Shown here in pieces: positions 13,362 through 26,495 of a DNA stretch of 60,374 bases. Positions within the stretch are counted from its first letter, which is position 1. Each line of letters begins with the position of its first letter. Position numbers and translations under genes: made by a program. The stretch comes from Neodothiora populina (Eukaryota). The stretch is from assembly GCF_041146345.1 (NCBI RefSeq), contig NW_027191407.1, forward strand, positions 558,001 to 618,374. The letters are read 5' to 3'. A model generated the notes under the pieces. The model ran no database searches. It saw only the letters and a program-made list of their open reading frames with translations, and was not told where the DNA came from.

Positions 13362-15098
13362 ATGCCCCGCCGTCGCGCAAAAGACCAGGATCCCGTGCGC
13401 AAAAGGTCGCGAAACGGATGTGACAGATGCCGCAGCAGGAAAGTGAGGTGCGATGAGGCCAAACCCACATGCGGTCAATGTAGCGCCAAGAACTATGTCT
13501 GCCAAACCACTGTCCATCTCAAGTGGGAGACTGATTATCAGAGTCTCGGGCGAGCATTTGGACGAGCTGGTGTGTGGAGCAAAAGAGCCCCCACGAGTGA
13601 TTCTCCGCCTTCTCCGCCTTCTTCTCATATCACATCTGGGGGAGACATACCATGGCGTGAGATACCACACATATCTGCTTACAGTTTCGTGAACGCGACC
13701 TTGGGGAATGTCAAAGACCTCACTACGCTGGAATACGACTATAACGATGGACTGACCGGTTCGACTCTGGTGTTGAAGTCTGCCGCTCACGAACGTGACG
13801 ACACTGCCAGTACCGCGTCCATATCACCATGGCTCCACAAACAGCAGCTGCCTGGCAGTTACACTGCGATTCCGAATGTCCTGCGACAATTGCCTCATTT
13901 GTCCGATCCTATGCATTCGCATCTGCTGTCCTACTACATGGATCGAATTTGCCCACTGACGGTCCCAACCTCTGTCTCAAAGTCTCCTTTTGCTTCGCTC
14001 ATCCTGCCATTCTCGGTCACAGCTTCGCCCACAGTGTTAGATTCTCTGCTTGCGCTGGCTGCATGCCACAGGTCCAAGACCGACAATTCTTTCAAACCGA
14101 CTGCATTATTGCTTGGCGATAAAGTGCTCCGAACTTTGCGCGCGCGACTGACCATTGAGGATCCGCGTCAGGTGGCGGTAGACACGGAAACGCTCGTGGT
14201 CATGATGGTGCTTTGCCAATTCGAGATCGTGAATGAATGCGACAAGCGGTGGACCGTTCACTTGAAGGGCGCAAGAGACCTCATCCGTCTCCGGCGGGAG
14301 GCTCTGGCTCATTGGGACCAAAAGCCGCAGGCGAATGACCTTGTAGATTTTCTCGAGAAGTACTTTGCTTACCAGGATGTCATCGGTCGCACAGCTTGTG
14401 GCGAAGCGGCAATTTTCGGCAATGATTTTTGGGACGCTGATACAAATCAGGCGGACGCTTGGTTGGGCTGCTCGCCCAAATTGGTGGCGACTATCGGCGA
14501 CATAACCACTCTCGGTAGAGTACATGCTCTCAATCCTGCAGTCTCCGCTCGTCCAGACTTCCAGCATGATGCAGCAGCTATCGAAACTCGACTTGCAAGC
14601 CTTGAGCAGCGAGTATTTGATGAGGATGATGACCTACTGCAAACATCAGCCGAGCTCAAAAGACTTGCCGCGATAGTTTACTTCCACAGCTCTGTTCACA
14701 GTGCGACGCCTGCTATGCCTTTGATCAAGGAGACTGTACAACAGATACTCCAGCTTGTCTATGTTCTACTAAGCCACGAAGTCACTGCTGGCTTGACTTG
14801 GCCGGTCTTCATCGCAGCGGTGGAGCTCGACACATTCGCTGACTTTGAATGGATCAGTGCAGATGAAGTAACCCACGATGTACCTCAATATGCAAGACCG
14901 TTCATCTTGTATGCTCTGGACAAGATGTCAGTCTCCATTGCCAATATCAGCAGGACGCGATCTGTGATTGAAAAAGTTTGGCATGCGAGAGAGCACGGCA
15001 CAGTGACTGCTCACGGAACGATGGGCCGCCCAAGCAGCGCCAGCAACGATTGGGAACGTTTTGTAGCCCCGTATTGTGCCAACATGAGCCTGGTATGA
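13362..15098 (+). CDS. Zn(II)2Cys6 transcription factor with fungal-specific TF domain
   Basis: RSRNGCDRCRSRKVRCDEAKPTCGQC...C binuclear cluster. W..HLKGA, GCSP and WPVFIAA are typical of the Fungal_trans_2-type domain. Confidence 0.9.
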   Translation: MPRRRAKDQDPVRKRSRNGCDRCRSRKVRCDEAKPTCGQCSAKNYVCQTTVHLKWETDYQSLGRAFGRAGVWSKRAPTSDSPPSPPSSHITSGGDIPWREIPHISAYSFVNATLGNVKDLTTLEYDYNDGLTGSTLVLKSAAHERDDTASTASISPWLHKQQLPGSYTAIPNVLRQLPHLSDPMHSHLLSYYMDRICPLTVPTSVSKSPFASLILPFSVTASPTVLDSLLALAACHRSKTDNSFKPTALLLGDKVLRTLRARLTIEDPRQVAVDTETLVVMMVLCQFEIVNECDKRWTVHLKGARDLIRLRREALAHWDQKPQANDLVDFLEKYFAYQDVIGRTACGEAAIFGNDFWDADTNQADAWLGCSPKLVATIGDITTLGRVHALNPAVSARPDFQHDAAAIETRLASLEQRVFDEDDDLLQTSAELKRLAAIVYFHSSVHSATPAMPLIKETVQQILQLVYVLLSHEVTAGLTWPVFIAAVELDTFADFEWISADEVTHDVPQYARPFILYALDKMSVSIANISRTRSVIEKVWHAREHGTVTAHGTMGRPSSASNDWERFVAPYCANMSLV

Positions 15099-16665
15099 GT
15101 GGTTCCGATACACGATACCCATCTTTAGGCATTGCGCTCACATGCGTCGCTACGTTGGAAGTGGAAGGGGAAGGAAGCACTATACAACCTGCAGCGGATC
15201 TGTGGCCGATTGTCGGATCACTTTTTTCCCGCAGACCATGGCCAAGACGGCCATGCAAGGTGCACAGATCCGAAGACTATGCTGCGTATCCTGGGTACTT
15301 TGTTCACGTGGTAGCTTTTCTTTTTCATATTCTCATCTGACTAGCATGGGAAATTTCTCTCGCTTGTACCTATTTTGCACTGGAGCTGGACCATTCCCTA
15401 CCAAGCGCTACGCTTATCAGTAGTGGAATACAGGTGAACACTTTCTTTCTCACAATGTCAAGATAGGAGAACTTCAGGCAAATCATGGAGATGTTTCTCT
15501 TCCCGAAGATCACCTTCGCGTAGCCGCCAGCTATTCTGAGTCTGATGGAAAGCTGAATGCTTCGCTTGCGATGAATCAATCACCTTCATGGATCCACTGT
15601 CACGATATCACACATCGACCATCATCATTTCGTCCCTCGGTCCCGCCTCATTTCGCTCGCTTGCCTATTTGGTTGGTCATGCGTAAACTTAGCCTGACTT
15701 AAGCGCGGTCAATGGAAATGATGGCTCATGCACCAACAATCGCGTTCACATTCGCACGGGTAACAGGTGACGAATACGAAGCAGTCTGACACTGCATAGA
15801 CTACCTGACTTGACTCATTCACCCGAGCAAATCTGTGGCCTGACTCAGTTTGATATATATTGCATATTCGAGCCGAATTCGTCCAATGCCTCGGTGTTGA
15901 AGACGGTTGATTAGCATTATACTTGCTGTCGGTCAAGCCTGACCCACAACTTCCCCATGGGCAGACTGCGCTGAATCACCGTCTTCCTGTGTGTTATATA
16001 AAAACACGGAGTAAAGTGGGTCGGATTGCAGTCAGTTGCAGCGGCAAGGCAGCCGTACAACAGCGTCGCTTGTGGCTCAAGCCACTCACGCACTCGCGCC
16101 ACTCTTCACAATGACTGATGCTCGGTATATCCGTACACTTGTACTGATTGTGCAACTAATAGGATCAACTCGACCTTCCAATATTCCTCGCTACCTCGAT
16201 TTACTCAAGGACATCGTCTGGAGGTTGACATCACAGCACCAAAGCGCACAAATTCTTGCATTGGACTTCTACCGAGACATAAACTGAAGGACACTCAATC
16301 ACGGAACACATTATACTCTCCGTGACCATTTCGCTGTACAAAGTGCTGAGTGAGCCGAAATCCGAGCTTCATCCACAATACCCACTAACAACCCACCCAC
16401 CCAATACATGTCGCAAGGATGTGTACAATCGCTGTCTATTGTCGATCGTATAACTACTGTAGATGCAGAAGAGTAGTACACGGGGCATGCGCTGCTTGTT
16501 GCCGAAGGAACATGCAACCGTAGCATCTCGTGACTTCCCAATGCGACAGCCTCGGTGTCGATCAGCTGCCGATTTGTATTCTCATAGGCGGAGGAATGTA
16601 TACAGAGGATTTCGGGACAGAGAGTGGACAACTGCACGTCTCACCCGACATGTAACACTTCAATC

Positions 16666-16731
16666 GCGGGGATGAGGGGATTGGCTGGGGAATCAATTAC
16701 AGGAAGCCTGGGGTTATACGCGGGGCCCCAC
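16666..16731. promoter_or_regulatory. Cluster of five CreA/Mig1 consensus sites (SYGGRG) upstream of the sugar transporter
   Basis: GCGGGG at 16666, CTGGGG at 16685, CTGGGG at 16708, GCGGGG at 16720 and CCCCAC (reverse GTGGGG) at 16726. A TATA-like ATATATA lies at ~16772 and the ATG at 16871. Confidence 0.6.
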
Positions 16732-16870
16732 CAGATCGATGTTGATGATGTGGATGCTTAATGCAAACAAGATATATAGTCTGCGCCCACGCGCGCAAGT
16801 AACCTTTACGCTACACCATACACTGCATCATTTTGCAAAGACTCAAGCATCTTCATACCCGCCTGCCAAG

Positions 16871-18780
16871 ATGGCGATTGGAAACATCTACATCATCACT
16901 GCGGTGGCAGTGATTGGTGGCGGCCTTTTCGGTACAATTACCTAGCTAGAACGGATAGTGTTGAGTGTCTGCTAACGCTGTCTAAGGCTTTGACATCTCA
17001 TCGATATCTGCGATTCTTGGTACAATGTCATACAAATGCTACTTTAATCAAGGTCCTGGTCAGTTCAAGCGACTTTGTTCATTCCTGCCTCAGATTCCTG
17101 TTATTGATAACATTCTCTAGATGGTCCTCCATTCAATGCTGCTGCCAAATGTAGCGGGCCACGCTCAGGCACCCAAGGTGGTATCACTGCAGCGATGCCA
17201 GCCGGATCTTGGCTCGGTGCTCTGTTGTCTGGCTATATCTCAGACAGACTGGGTCGAAAAAGAGCAATCATGATTGGATGTGTGGTCTGGTGCGTCGGCA
17301 GTACCCTCATCTGTGCTTCTCAGAACATCGGAATGTTGGTCACTGGTAGGGTAATCAACGGTTTGTCAGTGGGAATCGAAAGTGCTCAGGTTGATTTCGA
17401 CCTTCTCCATGCACTCGATCGCCGTTTACTGACATATGGCCACTAGGTCCCAGTGTTTTTGTCTGAAGTTGCGCCGCCTTCAAAACGCGGTCGATTTGTA
17501 GGCGCACAGCAATGGGCAATTACGTGGGGAATTCTGATCATGTACTAGTAAGTGCTTGGGGGTGAAGTCTTCGGCATGGGCATGAGCTAATCTTTTGGCA
17601 GCATCTCTTTCGGGGCTTCCTACATTGGTGGAGATGCACCGACTACCTACAGTACCGCTGTGTTTCGCGTCCCATGGGGCCTACAAATGATACCTGCTAT
17701 CGGTCTTTTCTTCGCGATGATCTTCATGCCGGAATCTCCAAGATGGCTTGCGAGGAAGGATCGATGGGAGGACTGCCACAACGTTCTGACGCTTGTTCAT
17801 GGCAAGGGAAACCCTGACTCGCCATTTGTCCGCCACGAATTGCAGGATATCCGTGAGATGTGTGAATTCGAGGCTCGCAATAGCGATGTCACCTATTGGG
17901 AATTGTTCCAACCACATATGATATTCCGCACACATGTTGGTATCTTCACCCAGATCTGGGCCCAACGTAAGTCAGCCTTGCTATGCGTCCGATGTGCCTC
18001 CACTGCATATAAATCTAACTTTTCGTCCCCGTAGTAACTGGTATGAACGTCATGATGTACTACATCACATATGTCTTTGGTATGGCAGGCTACTCTGGCA
18101 ACGCCAACCTTCTGGCTTCGTCCATCCAGTACATCATCAACGTCGTAATGACTATTCCTGCCCTTGTCTGGGTAGACAAATGGGGACGTCGACCGACTCT
18201 GGTCGTTGGTGCGACTCTCATGATGACCTTTATGTATGCCAACGCAGGGATAATGGCCACATACGGCATAGTTGTTCCTGGCGGGGTCGACGGCGTGCCT
18301 GAGGAATCCATGGCACTTTCAGGCGCTCCAGCGAAGGGTCTTATCGCTTGCACCTACCTGTTCGTTGCCTCTTACGCTCCTACATGGGGTCCAGTAAGTT
18401 GGATCTATCCTCCCGAATTGTATCCACTTCGCGTTCGTGGAAAAGCAGTTGCACTCGCCACATCCGCCAACTGGGCCTTCAATACCGCTCTCGGTGCCTT
18501 TGTACCTCCAGCATTCGAAAGTATCAGATGGCAGGTTTACGTAGTCTTTGGAGTGTTCTGTACCGTCATGTTGATCCACGTCATCATCTTGTTCCCGGAG
18601 ACCGCTGGCAAAACTCTGGAAGAAACAGAGGCGATGTTCTTGAACCCTCACGGCCCACGATACATGGGGACCCCGGCATGGAAAACGAGGGTGCAGACAT
18701 CGCACATGTCCCGCATCGAGCGTGGTGACGTTCCAAACGAGAAGCTAGAAAAGTTGGAGGTTGAGAACACAGGAAAGTGA
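16871..18780 (+). CDS. MFS sugar porter, HGT1-like high-affinity glucose transporter, 6 exons
   Basis: Motifs GGGLFGFD, DRLGRK, E.APP..RG, PESPRWL, MNVMMYY, DKWGRR and FPETAGKTLEE. Introns at 16932-16986, 17059-17120, 17390-17446, 17548-17601 and 17968-18034 fit GT..AG and connect the motif-bearing exons. Confidence 0.92.
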
Positions 18781-19145
18781 TGAAAGCTCAAAGAGGAGGT
18801 GATCTGATAGACTTGATTGTCTTGGGCTGGTGCTCCACTCGCTGGAACAGATTGCATAATGGGACACGAGTCATGCTCGTCAGTCCTCTCGCTTCTGCGT
18901 ATTATACCTGGGAAATTCAGCCTATTTCACATTGTGTTATACGACATGATCCACAGTCAGGAGTTGATGCATGCGTCAATCAACTTCTGAGCCCATCTGT
19001 CGTGATTGCTTACTCTTGTTCTAATCAACGGACGGTTGAGTTCCAGAGGTGAAGGTCCTAATAGTTGTGTTTTGCAATGTGTAGACTAATAATATAAAGT
19101 ATATAAATCATAAAAGCCAGTTCGAGTATGCCACTTCTAATCCAC

Positions 19146-20456
19146 CTAAGCAGTGCAGGATGCGTTCCATGTAGCATCACCCTGGGTCACAGCAAGGGCC
19201 TCCTTGACGTTCGAAGTTGCAAGGAAGTCTGAGAAACTACAAGTGCCGTAGAGATCGGACTTGCATCCCACGGGCGAGAGATCAAAGTTCGCCTCGTTCA
19301 ACACTAGCTGAATGCGCTTCTCGCCCGAGCAATCGAGCTTCTTCCATAACATCTGAGCAGCGAAAGGGACTTGAGTGCTGGTCCTCCACAGGCGGGATGG
19401 GCTTGGTGAACCATCGACCGGATAGGCAGTATCATTAGCAAGGCCGAGCGCAGTCAGACCGAGATCAATGGTAGTATCGTGTGCGAAGTTGAGCGAGAGG
19501 TTCTGAGCAGCCGACCCATTGCCTTGCATGAAGGTGGTCAAGTTACTGACAAGCAAGCTGCCCAGCACCGGGCCTTGGTTGCTAGGCAAACCATAGCCGA
19601 AAGCACCACGCATGAGAATGTCAAGCTCGTACTCGAAGTTGAGGATCTCTTGCTCCTCGAACACGGCACACCAAGGGCTGTTGCCTTTGCCGTACACGGC
19701 GATCCCATAGGCACAAGCCCACAGCATGCCGTGTGCGTTGGCGGAAGTGAAGTTGACACCAGGATAGGTGGGGGCCAACACAGCATTGATGCGCCTCGCA
19801 ATAGGAGGAAGGTAGACAGAGCCCCACTCCTTCACTAGGTCGTTTCCAGAGCTATATTCCCAAGTATCACAGGTATCCATGGCGGTGATCCAAGAGACGG
19901 TCTTGTTGTTCTCGCCGATGACGTCCAATGTGGCAGTCTCATTGGCGTTGCGGCCATAGTAACCAGCGGCGAACCATTGTGCACTCTCGACGACACGATC
20001 TTGACCACCAACAAACAATGTGTCAGTGTACAGCGCCGGGTAGTCCAGACGCAAAGCGACACCGTGATCGAAGCACTCCATCCGTCCAGAAGCGGAAAGA
20101 TCATTCGTAGTGAACTTGCTCGACCAGCCCTTTGTCAAGAAAGAAAACTCCGAAGGTGCGCTGCCACGAGGCTTGGAGAAGAGAGCCGTATTATTGTTGA
20201 TGTAATACGACAGACCTTGGATCACTTCAATTTCCCCAGAGATAGGCTGGCGACTACCATGTCTGTGCACGAGGAAGGCCTTGTCGACCGTGCAAGTTTC
20301 GGGTGCTCCAGACAGCAGACCTGCCGGTGTGTTCTCCGGACTGAAGTAGGGCGACAGATTGCCCAGGTGTTGGGTAAGGTCAAACGTGCTTGCAGCTTGT
20401 GCAGCGGCGACGAGCGACAGCAAAGGCCATTGCCTTGTAGACGATCCCGATCTCAT
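19146..20456 (-). CDS. Secreted histidine acid phosphatase / 3-phytase-like
   Basis: Signal peptide, LGNLSPY, active-site RHGSRQP and the C-terminal HD motif (FAHDT). Confidence 0.92.
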   Translation of the reverse strand: MRSGSSTRQWPLLSLVAAAQAASTFDLTQHLGNLSPYFSPENTPAGLLSGAPETCTVDKAFLVHRHGSRQPISGEIEVIQGLSYYINNNTALFSKPRGSAPSEFSFLTKGWSSKFTTNDLSASGRMECFDHGVALRLDYPALYTDTLFVGGQDRVVESAQWFAAGYYGRNANETATLDVIGENNKTVSWITAMDTCDTWEYSSGNDLVKEWGSVYLPPIARRINAVLAPTYPGVNFTSANAHGMLWACAYGIAVYGKGNSPWCAVFEEQEILNFEYELDILMRGAFGYGLPSNQGPVLGSLLVSNLTTFMQGNGSAAQNLSLNFAHDTTIDLGLTALGLANDTAYPVDGSPSPSRLWRTSTQVPFAAQMLWKKLDCSGEKRIQLVLNEANFDLSPVGCKSDLYGTCSFSDFLATSNVKEALAVTQGDATWNASCTA

Positions 20457-22444
20457 GATTGCGGCACGAATTATGTGATTATTATTACACGGTTGCTAAG
20501 AAAAACGTCTGGACAAGAACAAATCGGTGGAGCTGGAGGCTGCTGAGCTGTACCCGTACACCTTGTTGATATTCGCTGCTACCCTTCGCCCTATGCTACG
20601 TGCCTGAAGATCATTCTTATATGCACACATAGATAGCTGTGCCTGCATGCAGGCTAATGCACGATGATCAATAGAATCATCGATGACCAGGAAAGATCAA
20701 AGATAAAAGATCGGACGTCACCGTGTGGCAGATAGTATAGATGAGCACCTGCCAAAAGCGTGGTACTTATCGGTCTAGAGCATGGTATTATCGTTCTTAT
20801 CGCTGTCCGCTCTTCTGCCGGGGCCTTCTTGGCGGTATCCACCCCCGCTTGGCCGACTTCGCTGGCGATAGGATCTCACCGAACCGAGGGAGCCGAGTCG
20901 TTTTGGCATAAAGCACCTAGCTACTTATACAAGCACAAATAAAGCACAAGCAAATGCTATTTTACATCTGGAGGCACACGGTTCGGAGCGTCGAATTCTA
21001 GTATCAAGGACGGAAGTCGATATTATTGAGCAACCTTATGTGACATTGCGTGCTTTACTGAGATGAGTTTGTCCATGTATATAAGCCAACAGCAACTCAT
21101 TCCACAACTGATCTCGACTTCTTCCTACAACACCTTTGAATGTTGGCGAAGAAATCGTCCTGCAGTGTACAGGGTTGAGGGCAGTGCTAACATGCCTCGC
21201 GTGGGTTTCAATGTCTTGATAGGTTGTCAAGGGGCTCGAGAGTCCACCATTGAAGGCTCCGATATTGCCGCCGACCTGGAAAGGTCACATAGCCTCAGAT
21301 GAAGAGCACGCCGCGAGCACCAGTATCTTGTAGTGGGCTAATCATCCTAGAACAATGGGTGAAGGATGCTAGTTTGTCTTTGACCTTGACAAGATCTCTG
21401 TCATCGGCCATGAACAGAATGCTGATACCATACACTATGAAATCTGAGACGTAGCTGTGCTTGACTATAACTCGTTGCTGACAGGAGGCATGACATCGTG
21501 GTGAATGGCGATATGCCATGGCTTGAGTTCCTCAATTCGCCTTTGAACAACAGGGCGCATCGGTCTCGTCACACCGAAACCTCGGCAGGGGGTCGAGTCA
21601 TACCCACGACTGACGCCAAATGGCGCTTAGCTCTCATACTTTCGATTCGAAAGAATTCAAGCTGCGACGATAGCTCGTGGAGTACGATCGCCGCGTGACC
21701 ACCCTGAGCGGCTCTCTCTGCTATACCCCAGATGTACAGACGAAGTCGAAGATACCGTTTCAGTTCGCCTATTACGACACGTAATCGTGGTTCGGCCAAG
21801 ATGGGCTATTGCATGTTGCACTGTTCAGCGAGTGACGAGATACTGCAAGCCATACACATCTGTATTTCCGGTGGTCTTGGCAGACTCGCAACACTTCATC
21901 CTTGACTATGATGATCACTGCCACTCCTAGACTATTGTAAGTCGAACATTGAGCAAGCCTCACCGAATAGTTGAATGGAGTTCTGGTGCGCATTTCAGAA
22001 AATGCAAAATAAGAACAAAAGGAGACCAAGCCCAGTTTGCTATCTCCTTGATCACCATTATTTTCTGATGCCGGACAAACATCTCTAACACACCAATCTC
22101 GAAATTGTTGTCTCACTCTCTTCTCATGACGCATTCGCAAGGTGTAAGTGTAAGTGAAGCTGGAACGCCCGTCAAGCAATGCTTGATGTCTACCTTGAGA
22201 AGCCTTAATTATCAACTTTACTCGAGAGTTGAGCTTCGTTTCATGTAGTGACGACGCTCCAGCGTGTCCATGCTCGAAGCTCGAGTAATTGCAGTTCAAA
22301 ATAATTCACTACACTGGCGAGCCTCTTACCATATCATGTCGACCTGAATCTTACTGTTTCTTCCTTTTCCACATGCTCAGCACGCTCTTTTCCTTGCAAA
22401 CTCCAACTTGGTCGTTTTTTCTGACTGCAATTTCTAATCAGAGT

Positions 22445-24670
22445 ATGGTCAACTCTGCTTGGGCTACTCACATACTTCCAATCGCGGCGCTTGCTTCTGC
22501 CGACGTTCTACCTTTCTTCAACAGTAAGCAGTATCAGAATGGGGACTGGGGGGACTGTCCAGCCCAATTGTTCTTGTCGGATCGAGATATTGTTGCACCT
22601 CTACCAAATGTACTACTAGATATACACGAGGCCACATCGCCGGAGCGGTATATTAGCTGGGCACCGACTGGACCAGATATTCCGGTGACAGGTCCACAGC
22701 TGCTAAATGCTAAAACCATGTCTGTTGTTTATCAGGCTCCCGCTTTTGATGAAGATAACTTTGGCATTTCCGTTCAGAGCTGTAATGGCTCAGAGTATCT
22801 GATATGGTGGTCCGGGACCGATATAGACGAACGCGCCGCTGGCATATACCATATTGTGAATAACCATTTACCATTGTATCTGCAAGTCCAAGATCTGACA
22901 GTTTCACTAGCTGGACAACACATACAAGAATATATGGAACGTTACTGCCGTAGGGTTTGAGTACGCGGATGCCCATGATATTTTCCTTACTCCAGAGTGC
23001 ACCGCCGTGTTCACGGTCAACGAACCCCGAGAGTACGACCTTCGAGATTTTGGCATTGATAATGGATGGATCCAAGAATCGTATATCCAAGAGGTGGATC
23101 TCGCATCCAATGCTCTATCATTCCAGTGGCGTGCTTCCGACTTCGTTGAACCACATGATTCGTTTTGGACGCCTGACATACGTGGGCCCACGGAACCGCT
23201 GCAGGGCATGATGCGTACCGACAGCTGGGACTTCTTCCATATCAACAGCGTACACAAGGATCCTCGCGGCAATTATTTGATATCTTCTAGGCATTATCCT
23301 TCACTTTATTACATTGACGGGTCGACTGGGTCGATCCACTGGACCCTGGGAGGGAAACAGAACAATTTTACTGACTTGAGCGACGGCTGGGCTACCAATT
23401 TTGCATGGCAACATCATGCTAGGTGGATCGATCCAGAACTCACATCGATCAGTCTGTTCGATGATCGGAACTGCCGGTCAGTACGAAATGCTCCGAAAGA
23501 CTCCTGCACTACAAACTGATATGGCATGCAGATTCGACATTGCACAGGATCCCATTTGCCGCGGAGTCATCCTGGATCGGGTTTTTAACGAGGACGGTCA
23601 AAGCTACGTCCTATCGTGCAACCACAGAGACCAAGTCATTCCGCAAAGGGGGCATGCAGGTCTTGAGCAACCGCAACGCTATCGTGAGTTATGGCAACGA
23701 GCCAGGGTTCACCGAATACGACTCGAATGGGACAACATTGTACGATGTACGTTTTGGGCCGTTGAATTTCGATCGCGAAACAGCAGACAGCTATCGTGTC
23801 CTCAAAGTCAATTAGACGGGACATCCTACATAAAGCCCGAAAATAATAGCTAGGCCTTTCTTGCAGGACTCTCACCGGCTGCTAAGTGCGGACGAAAATC
23901 CGTCGCTCCCCGCTCTGCCCAACAACACCGTCTATTTCAGTTGGAACGGTGCAACTGAGCTCACCAAGTGGGTCATCCTTATCTCCCACAACTCTACCCA
24001 ACTAGACAGCATGAACCAAGTGTTGTACGAAACCACCAAGACCGGATTTGAGACAAGTTTCTATGTAGGCGATGCAGGAAGATACGTTCGCGCTGTAGCT
24101 GTTACTACAAGTGACACTGTGTTAGCTGCGAGTCCAGTACTAGACATGCGGACGGGTGAAATCCTTGAACAACTTTGTAATATTGATGCTTTTAGCTCAC
24201 GATGGAAGGAGAGTAAGAGCGGGAAAGATGATGATGACAAGGATGAAGTCGACAAGAACCGACCCAACGAGAATCAAGTCGACAAGGGCCAAGACGACGA
24301 GGGCTAAGCCGACAAGGATCGAATCGATATCGAGGCTGATGAGAGCGCGGCAACGGTCGAACAGTACAACGCACTCAAGGAAGACTGGTGGAATGTGCAA
24401 GCGACCACGCAAAACATCCTGATTGCTGTCGTACTTGGCGGATCACTTGCGACGTTCGTAATCATTATGATTCTGACCTGGCACAATCGTCTTCTTCTCT
24501 TGAGATTACTAGGGTACACGTCCTTGCAGGACTATACCGAAGTATCGAGCACGGGATATGGTGAAGTAGATCACAGTCCAAATAGTCGATTGGACGACAC
24601 CGACCCGGAGAAAGCGCTGGATCATTGCAGGTCGGAAGAAAGTGACGAGGACGGCCTTAATACAGTATAG
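22445..24670 (+). pseudogene. Arylsulfotransferase (ASST)-like gene with C-terminal TM helix, disrupted
   Basis: Motifs DAHD, WDFFHINSV, YLISSRH, WTLGGK and FAWQHHAR. There is a frameshift near 23580. In-frame stops occur at KVN*TGHPT* (23813 TAG, then TAA) and at 24305 (TAA), after which the frame continues to 24670. Confidence 0.8.
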
Positions 24671-24939
24671 CGACGAGTGGTGGTAGTGAAAGACAAATCT
24701 TAGCGGACTGGAGGGAGCATTTCATACAGCGTGGAGACGAATACTAGCACAGTTAAGATTGTTGGTGTTTGAAATTCCTCAAGGTCTGATATCGTCCAGC
24801 GACAGAAGTGGATGGTATCGAAGCTTGAGTCTAAAGCCCCATCCGCCAGCACTATTTCCAGTAGCCCTCTAAAGCTATGATAAGCTACAAGGTACGGTGG
24901 TGAACGTACATGGGCTCATGACCTGTACGCTGACTAGTT

Positions 24940-26495
24940 GAATTACCCCTTATGGCGGTCCGCAGTCCACGATGTCTTCTTATAGAAAATCATGCGCTGA
25001 CTGTCGTTGCTGGTTATACTACGGAGATCGGTACTTTCGTCATCACGTTTACTGGTATGTAGGGATGCTGTCAAATTCTTCCGCCCAGGGTGATTGACCT
25101 TGGTAGTATCGCCTGTCTCTTGTCCTCCGAACTCTAGTAAGCGATTCGTGCCGTCGCTGTACGATGTGGGGCTGTGAACGATAGCGACTTGAGTACTATC
25201 TGACTAAATGACATTTGTTCTCTCCAGGTTGTTCATTTCGTATCCCCTACTAGCCGATGGGTCGGCGGCAGAGAAGCCTACTCCATAGCTGTATGCGCAA
25301 GCTGTAGTGCTGTTCTGGCTAAACGCGCCATAGTGAGTTGCGAGATTGTTGACGAAAGGACGGCGACATGGGATTGTCGCAGATATGATTGAGTAATCGA
25401 GTTCTGTTTGTGTCCAAACCACAAAATCGTCGTAAAAGAGGGTTGGGTCGGTCGTGAAGTGCGCTGCTGGGAACGTCTTCAAGCGAAAGACCACAGCAAT
25501 GATTATCCTAATGATACGGGTCAATTCATGAGTATACTTGACAAATAATCCCCGAACATTTTCCAGTCATCGGCACGGATATCGAGCATGCGGTCATGGA
25601 ATGTAAAAGTCAAATACTTACGGAAGACGAAAGCTGAACGCAAATACTACGAACCGTTTCGCTGATCCAGCCTGATGCTCCACACAGGATAGATTGCCAT
25701 ACAGACGAGGGCTATCTCGAATATGATGTCAAACATGCAAAAGATTTTCCAGCGAAGAAACTAAGCCTTTCGGTCAGTATCATCCTAGGCTTGTGTAATA
25801 CAGCAAGGTAGCCATACAGTTCGAGTACATCTCTCTCCAATCGCCACCCAAGGACGAGCAAGATTGCATTGTAATGCAGGCGCAGCCGAAAATGCAATGG
25901 TCCAGAAGCCTATAAGGATCAATGCAATACGGAAGGTTCGTCGATGATGATCAATAGGCGTCAGACGTAGTAATAGAAACGCCACAGACAGCTTCGACAA
26001 TCCTAAAGAGAGAGTATAGAAGATGATGGCGGTATAGTAGAGCTTCAAGTGCTGTGTTAATGAAGGGTACCCCTGTCCTTGTGCAAATGCTTACAGGGTC
26101 ATCTCGCTCGTACCTGCTGAACTTTGTCGATAAGCTCCGGTGGGACAAGCTCAATCGATTTTCCGAGGCCTTTCGCACATGCATCCAAGAGTAGTCCTGA
26201 CTGTATGACAAGCAAGAGCTATCTTAGACATCAGGGAAGGACACAGGGACACGAGGGGCTGCACATATAGAGGAAGAGGACCTACTGTGGCAGCTGCAAG
26301 AGACCCGTCATCTAGTCCCCATCTCTGGTGTGCAGTCGTTCGGATAATGTATCTAATGACACCGAAGATGAGAGTGCACGCGAGACCTAGCGTTGTAGTG
26401 ATGATGATCCAGGCTGTATGATCTGTACTAGTCACAACTGCAAAGGGCGGATAATGGTCTGGGGGAATGTTGAAGTATGGATTCGTATGTGACAT
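24940..26495 (-). pseudogene. PTH11-like/rhodopsin-domain integral membrane protein, disrupted (3' end approximate)
   Basis: Motifs WGLDD, YYTAIIF..LSLGLSKLSV..LL.RL, LQC..ARPW, FAFSFRLP and WTQTEL.YSIISATIPC.RPF. There is a frameshift near 25665 and an internal TAG at 25204 before an SNDSQRMI-type tail. Confidence 0.7.

Noticed and set aside
3087..20546. Long antisense or overlapping ORFs (e.g. 3087-3668, 10379-10981, 13227-13790, 19977-20546)
   Set aside because: They are shadows of codon-biased real genes and have no recognisable motifs.
20600..22300. Possible decayed gene between the phosphatase and the ASST pseudogene
   Set aside because: There are coding-like patches, but no frame gave a motif I could assign.
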